Shown here: positions 52,640 through 64,000 of the stretch, piece by piece
Layout: each line of letters begins with the position of its first letter
Numbering within the stretch: position 1 is the stretch's first letter
DNA from: Tubiluchus corallicola
Lineage: Eukaryota > Animalia > Priapulida
Reading direction: 5' to 3'
NCBI GenBank assembly: GCA_030141605.1
Contig: JAQGDQ010000358.1
Location: forward strand, 124,001-188,000
DNA: 64,000 bases
Program-made: the position numbers and the translations under genes
The notes under the pieces: model-generated
The model's database searches: none
What the model was told of the DNA's origin: nothing
Seen by the model: the letters and a program-made list of their open reading frames with translations, nothing else

Positions 52640-53320
52640 CAAATTTCACGTGACTTGCACAAAAATATAGGGCTCACTAAACGGGCATTTTGAAGGGTCA
52701 CATATTAGAAAAGACCCATTGTTACGGTGAAAATGACGTATACATTTGCCCTGGTCCTTAGTTCAGCTAGTCATGTCTGGCGCAAATGCCAAACATTAAA
52801 GAGAATTACTGTGAGTAGCCACTAAACTGTGAGTAGCAACGGTCCACCAAGTGATTTCATTGTTTACATGTGCAGGACTTTCAAATGAGCACTGGTAAAT
52901 TTTGTCCCATCAGGTGGTACGAATACGTGACACTTTCGCTCAGGCTCATGGTCTAACAGCAAAGAAGCCATTGCTGCACGTGATAACGATAATCACTATA
53001 CAAACAATGTGTGCAAAAAGGTTGCATTCGGATACGCTAGTGAGATATCTAGTGCAATTGCCTTATCGGAACACAGGCAAATGTACCAAAGTTTGAAAGA
53101 TGAAAATGAAAAGCATTCACCTCAAAGTTTTTCGAATGTTACTCACTTTTACTTCTTCTATAATTTGCTGCGTGAAGGACGTGTCATCGTCAGCAATACT
53201 TGCCAAGTAATACTCATTTAGCGGCTCGGGTTCTGTTTTGGTTTAGAGAAGAATCCGATAATGACGCCTAGACTCAAAGACACAACTCCCGTTGATGCTA
53301 TCCAGCTATATATTAAAACA
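52640..53320 (+). mobile_element. Possible decayed hAT transposase fragment
   Basis: SCLAQMPN (CxAH-like), AQAHGLTAKKPLLHVIT (KL.QDV.TRWNS-like position) and LLREGRVIVS (LSGE..VT.S-like) occur in the expected order; very degenerate. Confidence 0.3.
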
Positions 53321-55522
53321 ATTATTGTACAAAACATTATTGTGTTTGCTTGATTATCTCACAATAATTTTTAATGAGCTAATGAGTGAAAATAAGCTAA
53401 TTGCAATAATGCAATTCCTACTTGCTTGAAAGTTTTATTAAGTTTTGCATTGGGCCTTAATAGTTAGTATTTTTTATTTATTTATTTATACTATTTATTC
53501 GTACTCTTATACGGTACAACAAATATACAAAAAAACACATGATAAGAATTATGATATAAATTAGTTGAAGCTGTACACAGTAAAGGAAAAAAGGTTTGTT
53601 AATTTATTAAAGCAAAGTAAAAAAATAAAAAAAACATATTTATGTTATAAATATCATATTTATGTTATAACTACTGTCTCAACAAATGGCAAAAATAGAT
53701 AAATTCAACAAACGTTAAATTTAAAATTTGAAATAGAATTGTTGTGTTGAGTGTTCAATAAATTCTATTACGCAATCTACAGAAACTGGAAAATGTCACA
53801 ATAAACGTATTTTCGCTTCGCAAAAGATCTCCTTATTTTTTCATTTGTTAAAACTCTGCAGAAAAATACATGGTTTTCTATGAACATTATATGTGAGTTA
53901 CGAACACTCGGCCATCATAGCTAACTTCATAATATTATACTAATGAACTGATTTGTTACCTGTGAATGCGAAAAATCTGCTTCCTAGCTTTCTTCCGGCC
54001 TCAATATAAATTCGCGAGTACCTGTTCAAAAATTTACTATATTAACAACAGATTCAGAAAAAAATCAGTCTAACAAGAAATCCTGATATTCTCGGTGCCA
54101 AGCAAATTAAGGAAAATTGAAAAGTCGATTAAAAATCTAACAGAACAGTGTGAGCCGAATAACTTACACTAGTTACAAAACTTACAGTAGTTATAAAAAA
54201 GCTAACTCACACTCATACAACTCAAAAAGATTGTAGAGGTACAAAGAAACCACCCAGTAGTTAACAATTACAGATTATGGCCCGAAAAAACAGGATTTTA
54301 TTTCCACTGCCTGAAGTGAAAGGTAATTCTTCGATTTTGCTAAAAATAAGATGATTTTTCATCAAGTAGAGCCAGCATACAGAGCGGTGGTAGGAAATAT
54401 CCACGTTCAAGCTTCTATTAAGCAAACAGGAAATGCTAGGAAGTAACACAAACTTTAGAACGCCCATGGCTTCTTACCTGTGCCTTGTAAACAACTTAGC
54501 AGCGTAATAAGTGAAAGCAACGTGCTAAGTCACACTGAAACAGACTTCGAAGAATCAAAATTAGGCTATTTCAAAAACAAAGATGGCACACCCCACTCTA
54601 TTTAGCCAAACAGGAGTTAAAAAGAGATTTGCAAAAAAACTATAAAAACTGATGATAGATCACACCAGATAAATTGCAATGTTTAACAGTTGCAAGTTCC
54701 ATACCTTCAAAGTAGACACGTGCAGCACTAAATTTTGGTGATTGCACAGTTTTGTTGTTGTAAATCCATGACGTTACGCATTGTATGTTAATATTACAGT
54801 TGATGAAACCGATTTTTTTCCTGCAGTGCTAACCATGCCCCGGGTCATCAACAACCATCAAATAGTTAAATGTTTTCAACCACTTTATATTCTTTTTTAA
54901 CTTTGAACATACTTTCAAGCCAAAATAATAATAAAGATTTATGAAAGAGAGTTTGATAAAACAGCTATAATCAAATTAATTTACTTCTTTTTAATCCTAA
55001 AGCAGTATCGTGCTGATTATTCGGAATTGTTTAACACGTCGTTCAAAATACTGGCATCAACCTGGCAATTTGGAATAAATGACGAATCATCTTGTCTACC
55101 AAAAGCCTAATTACATGATTGTATAACAAAAAGCAAGCAGACGAAAAATTGTTAGTGTCAATAGTGTGTTTCTACATGTTCCAATTGCAGAAAGTATAAA
55201 TTCGTGGAAATCTGGGTTTTTATAAGAACATTTACATGATTCGCTTTTTGGTTTACTCAGTTGCGTAGTAACTCTATGAAGAAGTCTATTTCACAGTGAT
55301 GTTGTTGTCGTTTTTGCTCTTTGCTTGTTCATGTAATAAGTTTTATCAGTTTTAATATTATGACGTCACAATAGAGTTACTTCCTATTACAATTTTTTAC
55401 GAAAAAATGGATTTATGAAAAATATGCAAACGTGGGCAAGCACACGTGTTGCAGTATGCCAAAAGTAAATTCTTTCAATAGAAGCAGCCAGAATAACTGC
55501 GACCCATCTGTATTATAGACAG

Positions 55523-55859
<337 letters not shown>

Positions 55860-55962
55860 CATTATACAATCATTTTATTTGTTATATTTAAAAGAAATAC
55901 AAGTTTTCCAGTCAGTGGATTTTTAGTCCAAAGGCAAGAATTACCCACACAAAAACAAATGT

Positions 55963-56281
55963 ACACAGTAACACATAAACAAAACATAGTCTGACAAGCA
56001 CTATGCTCATAAAGATATACACAGAAGATGTATATTAGTTTTAAAAGCTGGTGCAATATAGATTAAAAAATAGAGACTATATATAAAATTTCAAGATAAA
56101 ATAATTCAGTACATTGTTATAACACAGTAACACATAAACAAAACATAGTCTGACAAGCACTATACTCATAAAGATATACACAGAAGATGTATATTAGTTT
56201 TAAAAGCTGGTGCAATATAGATTAAAAAATAGAGACTATATATAAAATTTCAAGATAAAATAATTCAGTACATTGTTATAA
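55963..56281. repeat. Tandem duplication, 2 x 159 bp
   Basis: acacagtaacacataaacaaaacatagtctgac...cagtacattgttataa at 55963 and 56122, with one visible mismatch. Confidence 0.95.
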
Positions 56282-56375
56282 GTTAACTTCAATATTATAA
56301 AAAGTTGTATATTGCCTAAAATTATTGCAATGATAACATAATAAAAATTAAATTGAGAAACAGGACTAAAAACAT

Positions 56376-58050
56376 TTACGGAACTAAAAAGGTTGGATCT
56401 GCCCACGCAGGTTCGTTTTTGGATTTAGAAATAATAAAAGATAACACGATAGCTAATTTTGCAATTTTTTGTTTGAAATCTTTAAACTTCACGTGGTTCG
56501 GGCGAGATTAATCTCTTTTCATTGGTTTTCGAAATGAATCTGCGACTCCCAATCTCGATTGCAGAATATTGTACTTGAAAACCGTTTTCTTCAATGTCTA
56601 TCACCAAGCTCACATATTTATTCTCTTTAACCTGGTGTGCTTTTCCAATGTTCAGGTCAAAAGGGACTGTCAGCTAGAACATGAATAGTTTCTTCAGCAG
56701 TTTATTGAACACGCATACGTCAGGGATGGATGTAGTTTGTGTACATTGAAGAGGTATAGTGCTAATTCTATTACTGTTAAAACCAAGTAAATCAACATGA
56801 ACAATGAAGCCAGTTGGCAGACACTGAAAAAGTTGCTTATGCCAAAAATGAACTATGTTGCTGTGGCGCCAAGTATGTCTTGCTTGTTGGAGGAAAATTT
56901 CATAAGAATTCAATACGTGAGACAGTGATTCAATGGAGTTGCAGTTTGTGCACTTGGCTGTTGTTTACTTGTCACAGACAGAAAGGTTGTAATTAGTCGG
57001 TAGCGCATCGACTGCTGCATTATACATGAATTTCAAAACGCTCTTTGTGAGATTATAATCCATACTTTTCCAGTCAGTGCAATTTTTTCTTTGATAAGTA
57101 TTCTAAAAACGACCTTGGATCGCCAGAGTTTTGATTTTGTCTTGTCAATCAGACTGAATAAAAGATTGAACTTTAGCCTCTGTTTTTATTTTGAGCTTAG
57201 TTGTTGTCTCTTCTGCCGCTCAATGAAAGTGGGGTGAGATCAGAGAAAATATTACGAAAATTTATTTCTAATGTGACCACTGGACAGTTTATTACCTAAA
57301 GCTGATTGAACTAGTCCATCATCATTTTTTTTCTTTCTAAGATATACTATGGCACATGATTGTTTATAATAATGACTAGGCTGCTTCAGGTTTAGGCCTT
57401 CAGCAACATGTAAGAACATTGGTAGTGCAGATTTGATTAATTGATTACCCGCACCAGTCGTACAGAAACCTATTAACTAGATCATCAAGTTCATCTAGAT
57501 GAGTTTTGCATATATCATTGACAGTTAGGGCAAATATGGAGAAGGTAGAAAATATCTATCGTCAATTTTGATTTTACATTCATTTCGTATGTGGCATGAA
57601 TCAATATTCGTCAAAACCGTCTCTATTTTCAAATGAACAATTTTGAAGTAGTATGCTTCACTGTTTTTAATTGTTATTGTTGAGCCAACAAGTTTGTGGT
57701 CATTCTCAAACAACGAAGGTATATTGGTATCTCTACAGAATAATTAATTTCAACAGGTGACCTTTTTGCATAAGACCGAGATCTGCATTTACTTGGTTTG
57801 AGCGTTAGACCCAAGCAGCTAGAATATTTTTGAATCTTTTCTGATTCTTTGGTGGGTTTTCTTGTTCGGTGTGCCTAAACAAAAGTCGTCTGCGAACGGT
57901 AGTGTGATATAATGAGAATCGTTTAAAATATAACCATGCGCAATTTTTATCTCTAAGCATTCGACCAATAGGTTTAAGCATAAACATAAGAGAGATGAGG
58001 TCACCCTGGGAGATGCCTCTAGAGAAATCCTGTAGTACAAATGGTTTTAA
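56376..58050 (-). mobile_element. 5'-truncated RLE-type non-LTR retrotransposon (R2 superfamily, HERO/NeSL-like), decayed
   Basis: RT: RGISQGDLISLMF, YITLPFADDFCL..NKKTHQRI. CCHC: KCTNCNSIESLSHVLNS...RHTWRHSNIV. Restriction-like endonuclease: SIPDVCV...LTVPF...AHQVKENKY...AIEIGSR. Terminal KNEPAWADPTFLVP* at 56376. Confidence 0.9.
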
Positions 58051-59219
58051 AGAAATAACAAACCAAATCAAAATAACAACTGTCAACTGTCAATAAGTCA
58101 TAAAGGAGATGTCCAATGAGTAAATTACAATGTAATGTAACTGTGTTTCTTACCCTAATGTTTATTTACTATCGATACGACTTTTGTTAAAGCCTAATCA
58201 GTTATCGTGTCCATTATAGCAACTGGGGTGCAAAATTGCACAACTGGGACTTCGATTTATTTTATTTTATTTCCTTGTAAAGAATGCTTGCTAAACGCTG
58301 TCAAAGCAAAACGATGAAAAAGATGTTTAAGCAAAATTTATTTTTCACCATTCAAGTAATGATTAAACGAGAGCTACATATGAACATACTATGCTATACG
58401 TCAGATAAACCGTGAAAACTACACTGACTACTAAATTTGGGTTAAAGTACAACTTTGAAGACTACAGGTTTTAATACTTTTTTACGGGGTACATTTGGTT
58501 TCTACCTTTGAACGAGTGAAGCAATTACATCCTACTTCAGAATTTGCTGCTTTATCTGTGATTTTGAAATCTAAATGATAAACAATTACATTACCATGAA
58601 ATGTAAGAAGTTATCTTAAGAATCGTGCTAAATTAAAACAAGTTTTCAAAGACATTAAAAAGTTTTTTCTACCTTTCTGCGTTCGTGAATTTTGTAGTGA
58701 AAGGTCTGAGCTTAGAAAAGCGCAAATTGTGTAAGTGAACCTCATGATAAGGTTTATATGCATAACTCATGTAGATGCACCATAAATAATCTAAATATCA
58801 TAAATCTTGTCATAAATAATTTACGACAAGGCAAAGTTTAATAGTATGTAAAAGATACCAATGTATATTCCTACTGTAGTAGTAAACACAAGTAGCAGCA
58901 AGCACATGACAAAACCATAAATATATTCATTTTTATTAATATTGATGCTTAAATATAATTTTAATTGATTCATTAAGAAATTGCCGTTTACAAGCCGTAA
59001 TAGCCAGTAGCGCCTGGCAGTTTATAATTTCTATTTTCAGCAATTTCATGGAAATAAATGCTGTTTTACAACAAGAAAATGCCCTACAAGTTTTAACTTT
59101 TATTATTATAGGTAGTTGCCTACAAAGACATTTGCTTTGCTGAATATTGATTTTTGTTGATGGCACAACCCATATCATTAGACATTACTCATCAAGAAAG
59201 CGTTATTTCATTCAACTAC

Positions 59220-59221
<2 letters not shown>

Positions 59222-59309
<88 letters not shown>
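59222..59309. repeat. (GAT)n microsatellite
   Basis: About 29 perfect units downstream of the peptidase stop codon. Confidence 0.98.
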
Positions 59310-59310
<1 letters not shown>

Positions 59311-59591
59311 GCGAAGATGATATATTCACAGAAGAATACATGTCAGAAGCTTTACGTAAAACGATGCAACGATGCAAGTCTAAATTGAAGTCAAAATTAT
59401 CTGCCACCTACACAGACATATAAATGAAACTGCATCTACAAAGTCATTATAAATACTTTACAAATCTATTTTTCTGAATAAACCATGGTTGAAATGTTCC
59501 TAATACAGCTGTAACGAATGATATAAATAACTGCACGTTAAGGGATCTCGCGCATCGAAATTTCAGGATTAAAGAGCCACAGGTTTAATAA

Positions 59592-62500
59592 TCACAATAA
59601 GATATCTGCTTTATCATGTAACATGTTCGATGCTGCTTGAATAACAAAGATCAATATGGATTTGTGTTTCTCCACCAGTTCCCAATTCTTTTTTGCTGAT
59701 TCTGGAGGTAATTCTTCAATTTCAAAAAGCAAATCCAGAAATCCTGGAAAGATGTCGCCAGCATAAGCATTCAAACTGCTTGGTGCGAGGAGGAGGTGCC
59801 TATAAAAAAAGAGAGACAGAGTAGAATCAATCTATACATTTATCACAGATATGGCCACTAGTTGTAGTAGATTAGAGCCAAAACAATTTAAAAGTAGGCC
59901 GTAGATCGTCAATCGTAGGTCGCCAATAACGAATTAAACCGTGCATAATTTTATTTCAACTTAAAAAAGCTACTTATAGTTTAAAACGTAAAAAAACAAA
60001 CTTGATATCATACCTCTCTGTGAGATAAGTTCGACCCGGTAGGCCTTCGTGATCAATAAAAGCTCTGTCTAATTTCATTAGTTGATCATTCATTCTTCTG
60101 ATTGCTAATGGGCTGTTCAACAAGCAGTAGAAACAAAAGTTATGTACAACCATTTAAAAAAAATTTTATTCAGTATATGTGACTTCAATAATATTAAGCA
60201 GACTAGAAAACATTTTCACCAAACTAGTAAAACCTGTAATTGTAATGAAGTAGCAGAAGAGAAATTAGCGTAGCTAAAGAACTTTATGAGGGTAAAAACC
60301 TACTTGGAGACTTATTAACTATATTCATCTGGTGAGCTTTTAAAACTATTACCTGTTATTGCATATCAAGTTACATAGCAAAGTGACAACGATACTTACT
60401 CGTTCTTATTCACGTTGTCGACGTTTTCTTGGAATTTGTCCACAGTTTTGGAAAAATTTTGTATAGCTTCTACGAGACTATCTATGAAAACAAAAGCAAA
60501 TTTTTAGCTAATAATATGAAATTTAAAACCCAGGTAAGGTGCAGCGCAGATAGGTGCACTACCTGAAGAGGTGCCTTGTAAACTTCTTCAGAGTACTGCC
60601 TTATTTTCTCCGAATCATCTGAATCATAGAAAATTGCACAAAATTTGTCATCAAAACTGGCAGGACAGATGCAGTTTAAGGCAACCTCTTAGGTCCGAAG
60701 GTCAACTTCCAACACATAACACGTTTATGACCCTGCATATGCTGACCATTAGCTCTCGATGCAGCATTGTTAGTTCGGGGCTTATACTGTGAAGCCACAA
60801 AAAATGCCAGGCCTAGTCAAGTATTTACATGGCCGTTAGTGAAACAATTACTAAAGCCACACAAAAATACAGTGAGTGGAAAAACTACTAATGGGCTCGT
60901 ATTTACGTCTCTGTCTGTCTTGCAAGAAAAAGTAAAAACGTTAAGAACGTATAGGCGCAGATTTTGTTAATCGCTCAGACTTGCAATCATGTGCCAATTG
61001 GCGTCAAACAGCACATTTCTTAATGTTGTAGTATTACCTAAAGAGACGCCGTTCTTGTTCATCAATGCGCCGTAATCTGCCTCAAATTGCTGCACACCTT
61101 CTGTCAAAATGCGTGCGTAATTTTTTAAATTAAATGGTATTATGAGAGCTGATGCCAGTTTTCGTGTCATCTCAGTCATCATCTGACAAACCAGCTGATG
61201 TTGCTAAAATAAATGGCAAGGAAACAACAATGATGTGAATTACAACAATGAAAAGTCATTATAGCATCTGCACTGAAGCAGCTACCCTACTAGAGGGCAC
61301 TAAATAGAGGTGTAAACCCACGCCAATAGCTGAAGTCAAATTTATTTTGACTTTTTTAACCTTGTGGCCTAAACCTCTGGCCTTCTAAACCAAAAAGCGT
61401 CGGATTTCCAGGACTTGCCCAGATCTATTCTGCTACTAAGTTTTGTGATTATAGTTTCATCTTATCTGATTTTATTGTACAGACAGACACAAAAACAGGC
61501 AGACTGTGTATCTGTGTGTCTACCTGTTTGTCTGGCTGTCGTTTGACTATTGTCGGCTTAGGTAATAATATTTTCTTGATTGCTTTAAGATTTAACGACG
61601 AAATAACATGAAAATGTTGATGTTGAAAGTTACTGTGAACCTACCTTAAATCCTATATCCATCACCGTGTCCACAATAGGAAACGTTTCGTATGCTGAAT
61701 GATAAAGTGGATAACTCGACAACTTCATGTCCTTCAAAAGACACATTTCAAATTGCAGCATAATTGGAACTGCAAAAATGCAGGTTTGCAGTGTACTTAA
61801 ACGAGAGAACTGTCACATAATTGAACAACAGAGTCAGCAAGGTGTCAGCTCTCCATTTAAGAAGATCGAAAGAGTAAATTTTTTTAAACCAGTTTTGAGC
61901 TAACCTGCAAGGTAACTCAATAATTTCCCTTTTTACATTTCCTCTTCTTACCTTGCTCCACGTCGTTCTGATGTCAAGACACGGGATTCCAGCGAAGAAG
62001 GCTAAAGGTGCGTAATCACTTCCTGAACCAATATTCTGAATCCTGAGCAAACAAATGTTGCTATTGTAACTTGTTGGGTTTAATTTAAAAAACAACAACC
62101 CTCACTCCTGATTACAATGATGTAAAAGGTAATTTTGGATATGTTAATTTTTTTCGAGAACGGTTGATATCAGCAACACGGCCTGCTATGACTTTTTTCT
62201 AAACTTTATATCATGGTACGAGTATTGAAACTTATTTTGGTGGTATTTATAGTAATATAGCGATTTTTATGTTCTGGCAACAATCTTAAATTGTGTTCTT
62301 ACGCTGAATGTAGGTGATGTATCGGAATGTTCGTGTTGAACAGCTTACAATAGACAATAAAGATACCAAAAAACGTTGTTTTGGTTCTATCTGAAATCGG
62401 CATATTAAACCTCCTCCCAACTGAAACATAAGTGCAGTGCTTACAAAGGCACAATCTCTCCATTGACAGTGTCAGGGTAAGCTTTCTTCCATTGATCGTA

Positions 62501-63721
62501 AACGGTTTTTTCATCGGGGCTGATAGCTGTTTCCTTGGGTTGAGGTACCTAAATAAACCAAATATATCGGCATCACCATTATCGTCATTGTTAAAATCAT
62601 TATTAGCAACAACAGCAGTAGCTGCAGTAGGAACAGCATCAATAACCACAGCAGTAGGTTCAATGGCGACATGACAACGACAACAACAATAAAAAATCAT
62701 TATGAGAATTGCTCTTCTTTTTTGTACTAAGATCGAAATTCCGACATGAGTTCAGTACAATTACCTTTTTCGCAGCTTCATACACAACGTCATTCAGTTG
62801 AGGAAATGACTTTATACGGAGCGTATGATTTCCTAAAAAAAAGATGTTAGCAAATTAGCAATAAAAATTCGTCAATAATGTAAATATGGCAATGCCAATA
62901 TTAATTTTGTTGAACGAGTACAAGTTTAGCTAATTTTGACACTAAATAGAAAACTCCACCTTGCACGGCAATATCAACGTTTAGGTAAGCCACAGCTCTA
63001 TCTGACAGTGTTTTCACGTGCTCCTGTAAAACAAATGACTAATTTAAAAACTAATTTGAAAAAGCAATTATTTATCTTGACAGAAATAATACTCTTATAA
63101 CTGTGACAAGCAATTATTATGGGTGATAATGTACCTCTACCCACTCATACGACCCAATAAGACCATACTCTTCAGCACCCCAGCTACAGAAAAGTATCGT
63201 ACGCCTAGGTCTCCAACCTGAAAGAACAGGATGTAATCAGTTTAACAAGGTCCAGAATAGGGTCTAACTGCTAAGCATGACAATAAAGTGAAGTTAACTA
63301 ATAAATTTGTAATGTAAATAGAATCTAGTAGTGCGACTGCGTGACAGTGTGAAATAAACTATCAAGAAATTTTAATTTTGAAAAAAATCTAAAATAAAAG
63401 AAGTGGCCTCACACATAGGCGTGAACTTCATAAAATTAAAAAAGAAGTTAAAATGTCTCAATAAATGAAATGTCTCAATAAATAACATATTAACCAATAG
63501 TTCAATGAGCATCATCATCGTCCTCATTCTCACAACCACAACCTATTTTATCCCTACTATATTCCGAAGTGAGTCCTTCGCCTGCTGAGCAAAATATTTA
63601 CCTTCCTTGGCCATCTTGGATAGAACTCTTGATACTTCTAACATAACTGCTGTTCCGCTTGAGGGGTCAAGTGCTCCAAATACCCAAGCATCACGGTGAT
63701 TTCCAACAAGGACATATCGAT
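59592..63721 (-). CDS. Peptidase M28B, glutamate carboxypeptidase II / NAALADase-like; last 11 coding exons, 5' part beyond the right edge
   Basis: Exons 63721-63602, 63217-63135, 63023-62960, 62832-62765, 62548-62445, 62042-61952, 61731-61645, 61203-61038, 60481-60400, 60112-60014 and 59799-59592, with consistent phases. Zinc/catalytic motifs [51 protein letters not shown] and [10 protein letters not shown]. TfR-like dimerisation domain [22 protein letters not shown] and [17 protein letters not shown]. Confidence 0.96.
61289..61566 (+). mobile_element. Helentron-associated non-autonomous element (HINE-like) in a peptidase intron
   Basis: Starts ACTAGAGGGCACT...ACCCACGCCAA, has an internal ttgac/aagttttgtga core and an (ACAG)n tract, and ends with GACTATTGTC hairpin plus GGTAAT. 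This matches the layout of a repeat family common in annelids and molluscs (recalled, not searched). Confidence 0.6.
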
Positions 63722-64000
63722 CTGAAACATAAGTTGAACACATTAAAGTTGTATCATTTTCCCGACTGACCACAAGCCAACTGTCTTGAGAACTAAAAGA
63801 CAATAAAATTAAACCCTGAGCCAATGGGCGGATGTGTGTGACTAAAGTGGTATAAGACCACAAATCATTTCAATTTTATCAGAAATGTTCTAATGGCTGG
63901 TCCTAATGTAAGACTCAATGCTGAACTGTGCGATAAAACACGCTGCTAGAAGAAGCGTTACAAGATCTCAGCTAGTTTCTGGTTCCATGAAACCTCCATT

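Noticed and set aside
59154-59423. Acidic poly-Asp ORF
   Set aside because: (GAT)n microsatellite downstream of the peptidase stop; no splice or homology support.

Overview
AT-rich, intron-containing genomic DNA from an invertebrate animal (the repeat content is lophotrochozoan/annelid-like, which is an inference). Six protein-coding genes can be assembled by hand from GT-AG splice sites and family motifs. (1) An aldo-keto reductase (minus strand, runs off the left edge). (2) A single-coding-exon SLC46-family MFS transporter (minus). (3) An ING4/5 PHD-finger gene (plus, 7 coding exons, 254 aa). (4) A SEPT3/9/12-group septin (minus, 8 coding exons, 469 aa). (5) A tandem-GNAT YitH/HolE-like acyltransferase (plus, 3 coding exons, 301 aa). 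(6) The 3' half of an M28B GCPII/NAALADase-like peptidase (minus, enters from the right edge). A gene-poor stretch of about 27 kb (32-59.5 kb) holds decayed LINEs (RTE-X-like, CR1/L2-like, an RLE/HERO-like element), SINE, Helentron-type and hAT remnants, and microsatellites. The most interesting leads are: SLC46 may sit as an alternative terminal exon inside the AKR 5' region, with AKR, SLC46 and ING all driven from one bidirectional promoter; a spliced in-frame uORF ends just before the AKR start; ING intron 6 holds a candidate box C/D snoRNA; and the ING NLS exon has a NAGNAG acceptor giving a KG-to-S exchange like that recalled for human ING4. No prokaryotic-type system (CRISPR, defence island) is present. 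All coordinates were read by eye and no database searches were run.
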